Below, piece after piece: positions 8,883 to 18,971 of a stretch of DNA of 42,750 bases. The DNA lies in assembly GCA_964558315.1 (NCBI GenBank), contig CAZLCL010000004.1, positions 7,221-49,970 on the forward strand. Direction: 5' to 3'. This stretch comes from an uncultured Candidatus Saccharibacteria bacterium (lineage in GTDB: Bacteria > Patescibacteriota > UBA1384 > XYA2-FULL-43-10). A program made the translations under genes and the position numbers. The notes under the pieces were generated by a model. It worked only from the letters and a program-made list of their open reading frames with translations, had not been told where the DNA came from and searched no databases. Within the stretch, counting starts at the first letter, position 1. Every line of letters begins with the position of its first letter.

Positions 8883-9338
8883 TTATTCTAATATCACCGG
8901 CTCTCGATCGTGACCAACTTTTTTTATATACTCCTCACTCGAAGATTTGGTGACCATATAAACGCTATTTTTATGATCATTTTTTATAATGATACCCTTA
9001 ATGCCTGAGCCATTAATTTTGAACCATTTGCCTTTCTCATATCCCGATTCGGCGATAATTTTTACAACTTCTGGTTTATAGCGATCCCATTTACCGTTAT
9101 TTATTGATTCCTCTTTTGCCCAACCCGTTGCCGGCGATCCTGATTTTTTATCTCGATTTCCCCACTCCAATAATTGTGTTGTGTTATTGCTAAAGACTGG
9201 TAAAAATGGTTTTTTTGACCAATAATAAACTCTTACCTCTCCGCTTTTTTCAGCTTGATGGATTTCTTCATCATCTAAAAATTCTTTGAGTTGGCTCTTA
9301 TTAATTTTTGATAATTTAAATCCAATTCCACCGCACAT
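8883..9338 (-). CDS. Short SRAP-like protein (SOS-response associated peptidase / YedK-HMCES family, abasic-site processing)
   Basis: From the internal Met the protein begins MCGG (Cys2, the SRAP nucleophile position). It also has LEWGN, WAKEES (NARxE-like), SGYEKGKW (GFYEW-like) and C-terminal GHDREPVIL (the HDRMPVIL motif). I prefer the start at 9338 over the track start 9353 because it puts Cys at position 2 and removes the overlap with the upstream gene. Confidence 0.55.
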   Translation of the reverse strand: MCGGIGFKLSKINKSQLKEFLDDEEIHQAEKSGEVRVYYWSKKPFLPVFSNNTTQLLEWGNRDKKSGSPATGWAKEESINNGKWDRYKPEVVKIIAESGYEKGKWFKINGSGIKGIIIKNDHKNSVYMVTKSSSEEYIKKVGHDREPVILE

Positions 9339-9339
9339 A

Positions 9340-9606
9340 TTATTTTTTAACATTTAAGAATATTTGTTTAAAAAAGGGTAAAGCCAGAGTTGAAATCATA
9401 AAACCAAGTGTGGGAACAACAGCGTTTAACCAAGGGTTTTCAATCTTTATTGCCCACATATAAATACCGATAGGCAGATATGTAAAAATGGCGATTAATA
9501 ATCTTCTTTGCCAGCTAGTTTCCCACTGTTTATCTTTTTCTACCCTTTCGTTTCTTTTTTCGATATTCATGATCCGTTTTTCTAGTTTGATTATTACTTC
9601 GTTCAT
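9340..9606 (-). CDS. Small two-TM membrane protein, unknown function
   Basis: Charged coiled N-terminus (KLEKRIMNIEKRNERVEKDKQWE) followed by two hydrophobic helices. Confidence 0.5.
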   Translation of the reverse strand: MNEVIIKLEKRIMNIEKRNERVEKDKQWETSWQRRLLIAIFTYLPIGIYMWAIKIENPWLNAVVPTLGFMISTLALPFFKQIFLNVKK

Positions 9607-9742
9607 GATTATGTCTTTCTAACGGAGTTACTAATAATTATCTTAAAAAATTTTCGACTAATCGAATTAGGAGGGAATCTTTAATGCAATATTTTATCAA
9701 TCTCCTAATTACTTCGAATTATTTCTTAGTAATTTATTTCAA

Positions 9743-9937
9743 TCATTTGGGGCGGCTCTCTGGGTTAAACGGGGGTTTCTCCTCCCCAAAATCAATTACA
9801 GCTTGACCATTTTCAAATTTAATTTTTGGATTGTTTTCAGCCGTTCTTTCCTCTCTTAGCTTTTTTAGCATTTCCTCAAAAGCTAAGTCTAGCCCATCAC
9901 GATCACTTTTAATTGATGTATCATCTTGAGTTGGCAC
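9743..9937 (-). CDS. Small acidic hypothetical protein (64 aa)
   Basis: GTG start preceded by a GGAGG SD 5 nt upstream. No family recognised. Confidence 0.4.
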   Translation of the reverse strand: MPTQDDTSIKSDRDGLDLAFEEMLKKLREERTAENNPKIKFENGQAVIDFGEEKPPFNPESRPK

Positions 9938-9951
9938 AGTGTCCTCCGTTT

Positions 9952-10245
9952 TTATGTAATTATTAATCCATTATTTTCGTTGCAAGTAATCTCTTGATGA
10001 CGGTTTAGAAGTTTTTTTCTTAAACTTAGTAATTGTATATGAAATGTCATAAATTTATCTACTTCTCGGCTATCTACCCCCTCAGAAATGGATAAATGTT
10101 CGATAATTTTTTGACATTTATCTAACTCAGTCTCGACCACTTCTAGTTGATATTTAATCTCATCAACGCTTTTAGCTGGTTCAAAAACCGGAACAGTAAT
10201 TCCATCTTTCAAAAGATCTTCTAAAGGAATTGGGTTAAGCGACAT
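9952..10245 (-). CDS. Small coiled-coil hypothetical protein (97 aa)
   Basis: ORF lies directly downstream of argS on the same strand. No family recognised. Confidence 0.45.
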   Translation of the reverse strand: MSLNPIPLEDLLKDGITVPVFEPAKSVDEIKYQLEVVETELDKCQKIIEHLSISEGVDSREVDKFMTFHIQLLSLRKKLLNRHQEITCNENNGLIIT

Positions 10246-10264
10246 AAAAAACCAATATTATTAT

Positions 10265-11929
10265 CTACATTTTTTCCGGAGTTGATATCGAGCAGATTTT
10301 TAACACTGCACATAAAACATGCTTAGTGGCTGTTATTAAAGCAATTCTTGCCTCTTTCAGATCTGCCTCTGCCTCCAAAACCCGACAGTTTGCATAAAAA
10401 TCATGAAATTTGGTAGCAACCCTGTAAGCATATCTCGGCAACCTTTGAAGTTCAAAATCTGAGGCGGTATCGTAAACTATATCTTTGAACTTAATTATTT
10501 CATTAAGCAAAGCAATTTCACTTTTTTCTTTGAATATTGTTACATCAATTTTTTTCTGTTTATTGTTGTCTGCTTTTGCTAAAATTGATGATATTCTTGC
10601 ATGGGCATATTGAATATAAAAAACCGGATTTTTCTCACTCTTATCTTTGGCCATTTTTATGTCAAAATCAATAGGGGTGTTATTATTTTGCGATAAAATA
10701 ATGTATTTAAACGCATCTGCACCCACACCCGATTTTATGACATCTCTCAACAAAATAAAATTACCCTGCCTTTTACTCATTTTTATTATTTCTTCACCAT
10801 TTTTTATTCTGACATTTTGATACATAATAATTTTTAGCCGATTAGGATCATAACCTAATGCTTTTATTGATGCTTTCATTCTCTCGATGTGGCCGTGATG
10901 ACCCGGACCAAGCACATCTATCATAATATCCGCACCCTTGTCAATTTTATATTTATGACATGCAATATCATCCGCAAAATATGTCAAAGTCCCCTGCCCG
11001 TCACTCTTTCGTAATACATTTTCTGAAGATTCTTTATCCAAACCATCATGATCTATAAACCACAAAGCTCCTTCTCTTTTCTCTGTATAGCCTTTTTGTT
11101 CGATAATTTTTATCGCTTCAGCCGTTTGACCATCTTTTTCCAAATCACTTTGATATATGAACTCATCATATTTTATGTCCAGTAAACCAGCATCTTTTTT
11201 GATATTATTTATCATCTCTTTGATACCCTTTTCGCGCAACAAAGCTACGATTTCATCTTTGTCTTTCATTTTTAAAAATTCATTTCGATGTTTTCGTATT
11301 ACATTTATCACAGTATCTTTAACATACTCCCCAGGATACCCGCCCTCAGGAAAAGGTATTTGATTGCCGGTTTCTTTCATATACCAGTAGTAAAATGATT
11401 CGATTAATAAATCAATCTGTCCACCGATATCATTGACATAAAAAGATCTTGTGATCTTATTTCCGACAAATGAAAGCAGGTTTGCCAAACACTCTCCAAC
11501 TGGGCCTCCTCTGGCGTTACCTATATGGACTGGCCCTGTAGGATTGGCTGAAATATATTCAATATTAATTAGTTTTTTATCTTTTGGCTCAATAGAACCA
11601 TACTGGTTGCCCTGTTCTAAGATAGTATTAAACTCCTGACTAATAAAATTTGAATTCAAAAAAATATTTAAATAACCGGGACCGGCAATTTCGACCTTTT
11701 TAATAATCTTATCAGAGATGTTTTTTGATATCTTTTCAGCACAAGATCTTGGGTCTGCAGATAACATATTGGCTATAATTAAAGAGGCATTAGTTGAGTA
11801 GTGTCCCATGTTATCTTTCGGCGGTTCTGCTACTTCAAAACCGACTGGGATATTATACCCGCTTTTTACTATAGCTGAAGCAATAATATTTTTAATAATT
11901 TTATTAATCATATTTAAGAAATTTTCCAA
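10265..11929 (-). CDS. argS: Arginine--tRNA ligase
   Basis: Class I HIGH-region (SANPTGPVHIGNARG), a MSKRQG (KMSK-like) motif and the C-terminal DALR anticodon-binding region. 554 aa. Confidence 0.9.
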   Translation of the reverse strand: MENFLNMINKIIKNIIASAIVKSGYNIPVGFEVAEPPKDNMGHYSTNASLIIANMLSADPRSCAEKISKNISDKIIKKVEIAGPGYLNIFLNSNFISQEFNTILEQGNQYGSIEPKDKKLINIEYISANPTGPVHIGNARGGPVGECLANLLSFVGNKITRSFYVNDIGGQIDLLIESFYYWYMKETGNQIPFPEGGYPGEYVKDTVINVIRKHRNEFLKMKDKDEIVALLREKGIKEMINNIKKDAGLLDIKYDEFIYQSDLEKDGQTAEAIKIIEQKGYTEKREGALWFIDHDGLDKESSENVLRKSDGQGTLTYFADDIACHKYKIDKGADIMIDVLGPGHHGHIERMKASIKALGYDPNRLKIIMYQNVRIKNGEEIIKMSKRQGNFILLRDVIKSGVGADAFKYIILSQNNNTPIDFDIKMAKDKSEKNPVFYIQYAHARISSILAKADNNKQKKIDVTIFKEKSEIALLNEIIKFKDIVYDTASDFELQRLPRYAYRVATKFHDFYANCRVLEAEADLKEARIALITATKHVLCAVLKICSISTPEKM

Positions 11930-13080
11930 AACTTTCTTTTGCCGACTTGAATTATCATTCCACTATAAACAGAAACCTTTGCGCTTTCATCAGTTATTTT
12001 TGCCCCATCAATTCTTACTGCTCCTTGATTTATTAACCTTTTAATCTCAGAATTTGAAATACCTGCTGATAAGTTATTAAGGAGTAATACTATATTAAAG
12101 TTGCCGCTCATCTTAACTTTAACCATATCATCAGGATGTTCTTTCTTGCGAAATTGATTTATAAATGAATTCTTGGCAATTTCAGCAATTTCTTTATTAT
12201 GATAAATTGTAACAACCTCTTCCGCTAGCATTTCTTTATAATCACGAGGATTTGCCCCATTTTCAATTTCTTGTTGATATCTATCAATCACCTTGTCGCT
12301 TACAGAGGTGCAAAGAGTGAAAAAAGTAATGATCTGTTCATCTGGTATAGACATAATCTTTCCAAATTGTTCCTTCGCGCTATCATTTACTCCAATGTAA
12401 TTACCTAAAGACTTTGACATCTTTTCTTTTCCATCTGTTCCAGATAGCAGATGGGTCATAACAATATCTTGCGGTTTTTGACCCAGCTTCTTCTGTAACT
12501 CTCTGCCTGCTAACATATTGAATCTTTGATCTGTGCCACCAATCTCTACATCGGCCTCCAGCATTACGGAGTCGTAAGCCTGCATCATTGGATAAAACAG
12601 CTCATGCATTGATATTTCCATATTTTGCTTTAGCCTTTTTTCAAAATCATCTCTTTCTATTATTTGCGCAACGCTAAAATTTGAACCAAGTTTGATAATA
12701 TCTTGCATATTTAACTTTTTAAACCACTCAGAATTTTTTCTAATTTCTATCTTCTTAACATTTAAAATCTTTCCAACTTGATCTAAATAAGTCTTAGCAT
12801 TTAAGTTAATTTGTTCGGCCGTTAAAACCGGCCTTGTCTTATTTTTTCCAGATGGATCGCCAATCATTGCAGTGTAATCACCAATTAAAAATATTACTGT
12901 ATGTCCTGCATCTTGAAATTTTTTCAATTGCCATAAGGCTACAGCATGCCCCAGATGGATATCTGGGCTAGATGGATCCACCCCATATTTAACACGCAAC
13001 CTTTTTTTGCTTTGAATTCTTTTCTTAATACCATTAACTGAAATAATTTCTGAACAATTTCTGCAAATTAGCTCGTTCAT
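11914..13080 (-). CDS. tyrS: Tyrosine--tRNA ligase
   Basis: HLGH (HIGH) and KMSKS motifs are present, plus a C-terminal S4-like domain (SNSEIKRLINQGAVRIDG). Confidence 0.9.
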   Translation of the reverse strand: MNELICRNCSEIISVNGIKKRIQSKKRLRVKYGVDPSSPDIHLGHAVALWQLKKFQDAGHTVIFLIGDYTAMIGDPSGKNKTRPVLTAEQINLNAKTYLDQVGKILNVKKIEIRKNSEWFKKLNMQDIIKLGSNFSVAQIIERDDFEKRLKQNMEISMHELFYPMMQAYDSVMLEADVEIGGTDQRFNMLAGRELQKKLGQKPQDIVMTHLLSGTDGKEKMSKSLGNYIGVNDSAKEQFGKIMSIPDEQIITFFTLCTSVSDKVIDRYQQEIENGANPRDYKEMLAEEVVTIYHNKEIAEIAKNSFINQFRKKEHPDDMVKVKMSGNFNIVLLLNNLSAGISNSEIKRLINQGAVRIDGAKITDESAKVSVYSGMIIQVGKRKFWKIS

Positions 13081-13099
13081 ACAACTCCCAATTATTACC

Positions 13100-13128
13100 T
13101 TGACAAATGAAGTTTAAAAGTCTAAAAT
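13100..13128 (+). promoter_or_regulatory. Distal sigma70-like promoter upstream of the PBP gene (TTGACA-17-TAAAAT)
   Basis: TTGACA at 13100-13105, 17-nt spacer, TAAAAT at 13123-13128. Confidence 0.45.
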
Positions 13129-13143
13129 TTAGCCGTTTTCTGA

Positions 13144-13172
13144 TTTACATGTTATCAATCAAAGCGTATAAT
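13144..13172 (+). promoter_or_regulatory. Proximal sigma70-like promoter upstream of the PBP gene (TTTACA-17-TATAAT)
   Basis: TTTACA at 13144-13149, 17-nt spacer, TATAAT at 13167-13172. It is followed by AAAGGAGGG SD and the ATG at 13196. Confidence 0.55.
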
Positions 13173-13195
13173 GTAAAGAAAGGAGGGAAACAAAT

Positions 13196-16015
13196 ATGAA
13201 AAGAAAAAAATCATTTTTTAGTCGCTTTAAAAACCCTCTAAAGCTTAGAAATATTTTATTACCGAAAAAAGCCCCAAAGAATACTTGGAAAAAGGTTTAC
13301 AAGTTTCTGCTTTATGGGCTAGTTGTTTTTGTGTTTGCGGTGGTTTTTGTTTTTGCCTGGTTTTCAAAAGATCTGCCAACACCGGATAAAATTGCTCAGC
13401 GTAGCGCAACACAATCAACAAAAATATATGACAGAAGCGGAGAAATCCTTCTCTACGAAACAGGAGAACAGATTAGAACAATTGTTAAAAGTGACCAATT
13501 ACCCGAAATCTTAAAAGAGGCGACTGTTTCAATCGAAGACGAGAGTTTTTATCGCCATTATGGTTTTGACCTGCGCGGATTGGCCGCCGCATTGTGGGAA
13601 AAAGTTACAAATCGTAGTGCTCGAACTAGAGGGGCTTCTACTATTACCCAGCAGTATGTTAAAAATGCTTTGCTTGATTCTAACCGAACCATGACGAGAA
13701 AAATTAAGGAACTAATCCTTTCTATTGAACTAGAGGCTATGTATAGCAAAGAAGAGATTTTGACCATGTATTTGAATGAGATTCCCTACGGGGGCAATAT
13801 CGCTGGAGTCGAGGCGGCGTCTAGGACTTACTATGCTAAACCCGCATCTGAATTAACACTAGCCCAAGCGGCGACATTGGCGGCTATTCCTCAATCTCCC
13901 ACTTACTATTACCCATATGGAACTCATACCGATGAGCTGGTATATCGTAGAAATTATGTCTTAAAAAAAATGGTTGAAACTAAAGCCATAACCCAAGAAG
14001 AAGCGGACATTGCTGTTCAAGAAGATACAACAACCGTTGGGGTATCTTTGCAACCAAGAAAAAGCACAATTCTCGCCCCTCATTTTGCTATGTATGTTAT
14101 AGAACAGGCAACTAAAGAATTTGGACAGGAAAAAATTCAAAAAGAGGGTTTTAAAATTATTACAACTCTAGATTACGAGAAGCAGACGATGGCCGAAGAA
14201 TCTGTAGTTAAAGGAAGCGCAAAACTGGACAGATATAACGCTTCTAATGCCGCTTTGGTTTCTGTGGATAACAATACCGGAGAAATTTTAGCTATGGTCG
14301 GATCACGAGATTATTTTAATACCGAAATTGATGGCAATGTTAACGTAGCAGACTCCCTTAGACAACCCGGCTCATCATTTAAGCCTTTTGCTTATGCAAC
14401 ATTATTTAAAGATAAGAATTATTCACCTAGCAAAATTATTTGGGATTTACAGACCGACTTTGGAGGCGGATATGTTCCTAAAAATTATAATGGAAATTTT
14501 AATGGGCCGGTTACTATTCGCACAGCTCTGTCGAACTCATTAAACATTCCTGCGGTTAAAGCCCTATCTTTGGCTGGTATAGATGAGACAATAAACACCG
14601 CCAGTGAGCTCGGTATTACTACTCTAACCGATAGAGACAAGTATGGGCTATCCTTAGTGCTTGGAGCAGGCGAAGTTAAACCGGTCGAAATGGCTGGCGC
14701 TTTTAGCGTATTTGCATCAGGAGGCATAAAACATGATCTTAAATCAATTTTAAAAGTATATGATGCCAAAGGAAAATTAGTATATGAATATAATGAAAAC
14801 TCCGACAAGGGGAGGCAGGTGATTGATCCGCAAATCGCTTATCAAATATCTAGTATATTATCCGACAATCAAGCCAGGTCTTTAGTTTTCGGCACTAGAT
14901 CTTCACTCTATTTTCCCGATAAAACTATCGCCGCTAAAACGGGCACCACTTCATCTTACAAAGATGCTTGGACTGTTGGCTATTCTAAACAAATCTCAAC
15001 TGCAGTATGGGTTGGCAATAACGACTCGACTCCAATGAAAAATGGCGCTGATGGATCAATTTTAGCTGGACCGATTTTCAATAGTTATATGAATAAAGTT
15101 GTTACCACCAACGAGCCATTCGATAGACCAAACGGTATTCAAGAATTAACCGTAGAAAAGTTTTCCAACAAAATCCCCTCAGATCTATCTAGCGAGACAA
15201 CTACTGACATATTTGCGTCTTGGCAAATCCCCACCGATCAGGACAATGTTCATGTAAAAGTGAGAGTATGCAAATTTAATGGATTGCTAGCAGATGATAA
15301 TGTTTCCGATAGCTTGGTTGAGGAAAGAATTTTTACAAAAATTAATTCTGAGAGGCCGGATAACTCCAAATGGGAAAGTCCTGTCAGATCTTGGGCATCC
15401 AACATGGGTTGGGATAACCTCCCCCCTAGTGATAAGTGTGATATCTCTAGCATGCCTTCGAGCGTTGTAATAACCTCTCCCGCAAATGGCGCCGAAGTAT
15501 CGGGTAGTTCGCTAATTAAAGCTGAGGTTAGCTCTTCTTATGCAATTATTAAAACTACCTTTTATATTGATAATGTTTCGATTGGTGGTGATGATGCGGC
15601 TCCTTTTGAAATCTCATATAATTTTGATTTGCTCTCAAAGGGGAATCATGAAATCTTAGTTATTGCGGAAACTGTTGATGGATCAGCCCTTAAACACACT
15701 ATTACAATTTCCGTCAATAAAGATAGCGACCCTCCCGAAATATCAAATGTCACTTCATCAAAAATCAACAGCACCACCTATTTGATTTCTTGGAAAACAA
15801 ATGAACCATCTATGTCACAGGTTTTTTTTGGCACCACATCACAAAGCACCGCCCCATATAATTATTCAAACAAATCAGAAGTTGATTCTAGCTTAGTTAC
15901 TAACCATGAAATTGCGATTACGGTATCTGCCGGCACCAAATATTATTATCGAGCAATTTCTTCAGATGCTTATGATAACTCAGCAGTATCGCTGGAATAC
16001 TCATTTGGACCATAA
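13196..16015 (+). CDS. Class A penicillin-binding protein (GT51 transglycosylase + transpeptidase) with C-terminal Ig-like/FN3-like extension
   Basis: GT51 motifs EDESFYRHYGFD and GASTITQQ are present. Transpeptidase motifs SSFKP (SxxK), SNSLN (SxN) and KTGTT (KTG) are present. About 200 extra C-terminal residues have beta-sandwich-like sequence (YLISWKTNEPSMSQVFFG...YYYRAISSDAYDN). Confidence 0.9.
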   Translation: MKRKKSFFSRFKNPLKLRNILLPKKAPKNTWKKVYKFLLYGLVVFVFAVVFVFAWFSKDLPTPDKIAQRSATQSTKIYDRSGEILLYETGEQIRTIVKSDQLPEILKEATVSIEDESFYRHYGFDLRGLAAALWEKVTNRSARTRGASTITQQYVKNALLDSNRTMTRKIKELILSIELEAMYSKEEILTMYLNEIPYGGNIAGVEAASRTYYAKPASELTLAQAATLAAIPQSPTYYYPYGTHTDELVYRRNYVLKKMVETKAITQEEADIAVQEDTTTVGVSLQPRKSTILAPHFAMYVIEQATKEFGQEKIQKEGFKIITTLDYEKQTMAEESVVKGSAKLDRYNASNAALVSVDNNTGEILAMVGSRDYFNTEIDGNVNVADSLRQPGSSFKPFAYATLFKDKNYSPSKIIWDLQTDFGGGYVPKNYNGNFNGPVTIRTALSNSLNIPAVKALSLAGIDETINTASELGITTLTDRDKYGLSLVLGAGEVKPVEMAGAFSVFASGGIKHDLKSILKVYDAKGKLVYEYNENSDKGRQVIDPQIAYQISSILSDNQARSLVFGTRSSLYFPDKTIAAKTGTTSSYKDAWTVGYSKQISTAVWVGNNDSTPMKNGADGSILAGPIFNSYMNKVVTTNEPFDRPNGIQELTVEKFSNKIPSDLSSETTTDIFASWQIPTDQDNVHVKVRVCKFNGLLADDNVSDSLVEERIFTKINSERPDNSKWESPVRSWASNMGWDNLPPSDKCDISSMPSSVVITSPANGAEVSGSSLIKAEVSSSYAIIKTTFYIDNVSIGGDDAAPFEISYNFDLLSKGNHEILVIAETVDGSALKHTITISVNKDSDPPEISNVTSSKINSTTYLISWKTNEPSMSQVFFGTTSQSTAPYNYSNKSEVDSSLVTNHEIAITVSAGTKYYYRAISSDAYDNSAVSLEYSFGP

Positions 16016-17302
16016 ATTGCTGTTGTTTAGATCGTTGATATTTTTTATCTCCTCATTACATAAAACTTTATAGTTCATTTTTATAGACTCTTTTTTCCGC
16101 TCCTCGGCCCCATTTACTTTTCTTACTTCACCCATTAAGCCAATTTCGCCAAAAACAGATAAAGCATCTGGACAAGTTTTGTTTTTATATGAAGAAATTA
16201 TTGCTAAAGATACCGCTAAATCAGCCGCAGGTTCTTTAATTTTTAATCCCCCCACCACATTTAAATAAATATCATGATTCGATAAATTGATCCCAGCATT
16301 TTTTTGAATAACTGCGGCAAGAATGTTGAGTCTGTTTAAATCAAAACCCGCAGTAGTTCTTCTGGGATATCCGTATTTTGTGGGCATGGTCAAAGCTTGA
16401 ATTTCCATAAATAATATTCTTCTTCCCTCCATAATTGGGCAGATAATACTACCAGGTTTGTTAACTCTCTGAGATAGGAAAAGCTCAGAGGGATTAAGAA
16501 CCTCTTTAAGTCCATCTTTCGCCATCTCAAAAATTCCAATTTCACTAGTAGCCCCAAATCTATTTTTTATACTTCTGATGATTCTACCGCCATGATCTTT
16601 GTTGCCCTCCAAATATAAAACTGTGTCAACCAAATGTTCAATAATCTTTGGACCAGCGATATTCCCATCTTTGGTAACATGACCGATAATTAAAACGCTG
16701 ATATTGTGCTCTTTAGCTAATCTCTGTAAAAATAAGGCAGATTCTTTGACTTGGGAAATACTGCCGGCACTAGTATTTATGTCAGAAACATATACTGTTT
16801 GAATCGAATCTATCACTAACAATTTCGGTTTATAACTAAGAATTTTTTCTTTGACTGATGATAAATCTCCTCCTGACATTAACAACATACTATCATTTTT
16901 CACTTTTAATCTCTCTATCCTATCTTTTATTTGATACAACGATTCCTCTGCAGATATATAAAAAGTTTTATCTATAGCCTTACACAATTGAGTAGTAATA
17001 GTTGATTTGCCAATTCCCGGTTCGCCTCCCAGTAATACGACACTACCGCTCACTAAACCACCCCCCAAAACTCTATCGAGCTCAGCCATGCCGGTTTTCT
17101 CTCGAAATTTCTCCGTATTGGTAATTTCAGATATTTTTTTAATTTCTAAATCATCTACTGCTCTTCGATTAGAAGATGCTCGAGACACCGAAATCTCTTT
17201 CAGGGTATTCCACTCTCCGCAAAATACACATTTTCCCGACCAAGCTAACGATTCTTCGCCGCAATTGTCACAAACGAATAATTTTTGAACTTTATTTGCC
17301 AT
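16001..17302 (-). CDS. radA: DNA repair protein RadA/Sms
   Basis: N-terminal zinc finger CDNCGEE...CVFCGEWNT, Walker A GEPGIGKST, the KNRFG motif, and a Lon-like C-terminal domain. Confidence 0.9.
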   Translation of the reverse strand: MANKVQKLFVCDNCGEESLAWSGKCVFCGEWNTLKEISVSRASSNRRAVDDLEIKKISEITNTEKFREKTGMAELDRVLGGGLVSGSVVLLGGEPGIGKSTITTQLCKAIDKTFYISAEESLYQIKDRIERLKVKNDSMLLMSGGDLSSVKEKILSYKPKLLVIDSIQTVYVSDINTSAGSISQVKESALFLQRLAKEHNISVLIIGHVTKDGNIAGPKIIEHLVDTVLYLEGNKDHGGRIIRSIKNRFGATSEIGIFEMAKDGLKEVLNPSELFLSQRVNKPGSIICPIMEGRRILFMEIQALTMPTKYGYPRRTTAGFDLNRLNILAAVIQKNAGINLSNHDIYLNVVGGLKIKEPAADLAVSLAIISSYKNKTCPDALSVFGEIGLMGEVRKVNGAEERKKESIKMNYKVLCNEEIKNINDLNNSNLWSK

Positions 17303-18971
17303 TTTTATCTTTCAAAAAATCAATATCTATCACTTTTATCTGTAAATTTTCATTGCCATTCCATTTCTCCTTTTCAATGTAATAAATTACATCAACTTCA
17401 TGCAAATTTTTTACTTCCTTGCCTTCTAAATTGCAATTAAAATAAATTGATTTAATCTGCTTATTTTTTTGTAATAGATACATAGACAAATGTTTCATCT
17501 CTTTTCCTACCAACTTTGGATTCTTAATTTGTGCGAACCTAGATAAAAATATCGGCTTTGGATTGCCCATACCAAAAGGCTCAATTTTTTCAATACATTC
17601 ATAAAGCTCCATATCAATCTGCTCTAAATTTAGCTCCGCATCAATCTTGTATTTTTTTTCAAACTCATTTTTGTTAATATTTTTATGTGAAATCTCAATG
17701 ATCTCTGAACAAAAATGCTGGTATTTTGATGCTTTGACACTTAGTCCAGCGGCACCTTTGTGCCCTCCAAATTTTTCTATGTCACCCGAAACACAAGACA
17801 ATAAATCTATAATATTTATTTCATTTACACTTCTGGCGCTTCCAATATATGTTTTTGCTACTTTATCATAAGTAAATACTATTGTCGGACGTAAATATTT
17901 TTCTGCCAATTTCGATGCGCAAGGACCTAATATCCCCTTGTTCCAATCACCAGAAATTATTACTATGTTATTTTTTGTCAATTTTTTTAACTTTATCTCT
18001 GTCTCGGCCTCAATTAATAAATTATCCATTAGCAGTTGGCGATCATTATTGTCGCTCTCGAGCTTATCGGCAAGTTTTTTTGCCTCCATTTCGTCATGAG
18101 TTATTAACAGTTTTAATGCATCTTCGGGCGTTGAAACACGACCGGGAGCATTAATTCTCGGCCCGATTGAATATGCGATATTATATGCATTGAGTGGAAT
18201 TGCTAACTTTGCATTATTAATTAATTTTGATATTCCCAAATTTTTTGATTTATTCAAAACGGTTAGCCCATACTTGGCAATTATTCTATTACTTGCGATC
18301 AATGGCACTACATCGGCTATTGTGGATATTGCCGCCAAATCTAAGTTCCATTTTAAAAATTTTTCTGTAATTTGAGGAAAATATTCATGCAACCTACAAC
18401 ACAAAAGATATATAACCCCAGCGCCTGATAAATCTCTAATTGCGCTATCAGCATTGGATATTTTTGGATTAATTAAAGCAATTGCTGTAGGCAGTTCATC
18501 AGCGGGAAGATGATGGTCGGTAATAATTAAATCTATATTTTTTTCTCGAGCATATAATGCCTCGTTAATATTTCTGATACCTAAATCAATAGTAATTATT
18601 AATTTGCACTTTTTTTCGATCAAATACTCTATCCCCTCTTTGCTTAAGCCGTAACCACAATCTCTTGATGGAATATATATATAATATTTTATTTTCAAAA
18701 TATCAAATAATTTTGATAATAAAGCGGCGCCAGGGATACCATCAGCATCATAATCTGCAAATATCCCGACAATTTCATTTTTTTGAATGACTTTTTTAAT
18801 TCTATTCAAAATCTTGTCAAAGTCGGGTAATAGTTTCGAATCAGATAACAAGGTATCAAAACTTGGAGATAAAAAACTCTCCTTATTAGCTAAATCAACC
18901 TCTCTGTTTATCAAAATTTGCTCGATAATATCTTTTGAAGACTCTTTTTTAACAATCCAATTGCTTTTCAT
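17292..18971 (-). CDS. recJ: Single-stranded-DNA-specific exonuclease RecJ
   Basis: DHH family motifs DYDADGI, ITDHH and GGHKGAAG (DHHA1) are present. Confidence 0.9.
   Translation of the reverse strand: MKSNWIVKKESSKDIIEQILINREVDLANKESFLSPSFDTLLSDSKLLPDFDKILNRIKKVIQKNEIVGIFADYDADGIPGAALLSKLFDILKIKYYIYIPSRDCGYGLSKEGIEYLIEKKCKLIITIDLGIRNINEALYAREKNIDLIITDHHLPADELPTAIALINPKISNADSAIRDLSGAGVIYLLCCRLHEYFPQITEKFLKWNLDLAAISTIADVVPLIASNRIIAKYGLTVLNKSKNLGISKLINNAKLAIPLNAYNIAYSIGPRINAPGRVSTPEDALKLLITHDEMEAKKLADKLESDNNDRQLLMDNLLIEAETEIKLKKLTKNNIVIISGDWNKGILGPCASKLAEKYLRPTIVFTYDKVAKTYIGSARSVNEINIIDLLSCVSGDIEKFGGHKGAAGLSVKASKYQHFCSEIIEISHKNINKNEFEKKYKIDAELNLEQIDMELYECIEKIEPFGMGNPKPIFLSRFAQIKNPKLVGKEMKHLSMYLLQKNKQIKSIYFNCNLEGKEVKNLHEVDVIYYIEKEKWNGNENLQIKVIDIDFLKDKNGK

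Noticed and set aside
9684-9806. 40-aa plus-strand ORF with an AGGAGG SD (MQYFINLLITSNYFLVIYFNHLGR...)
   Set aside because: It is antisense to the 64-aa gene. The peptide is low-complexity, and the SD-like sequence is one arm of a 9-bp inverted repeat. It is probably fortuitous.
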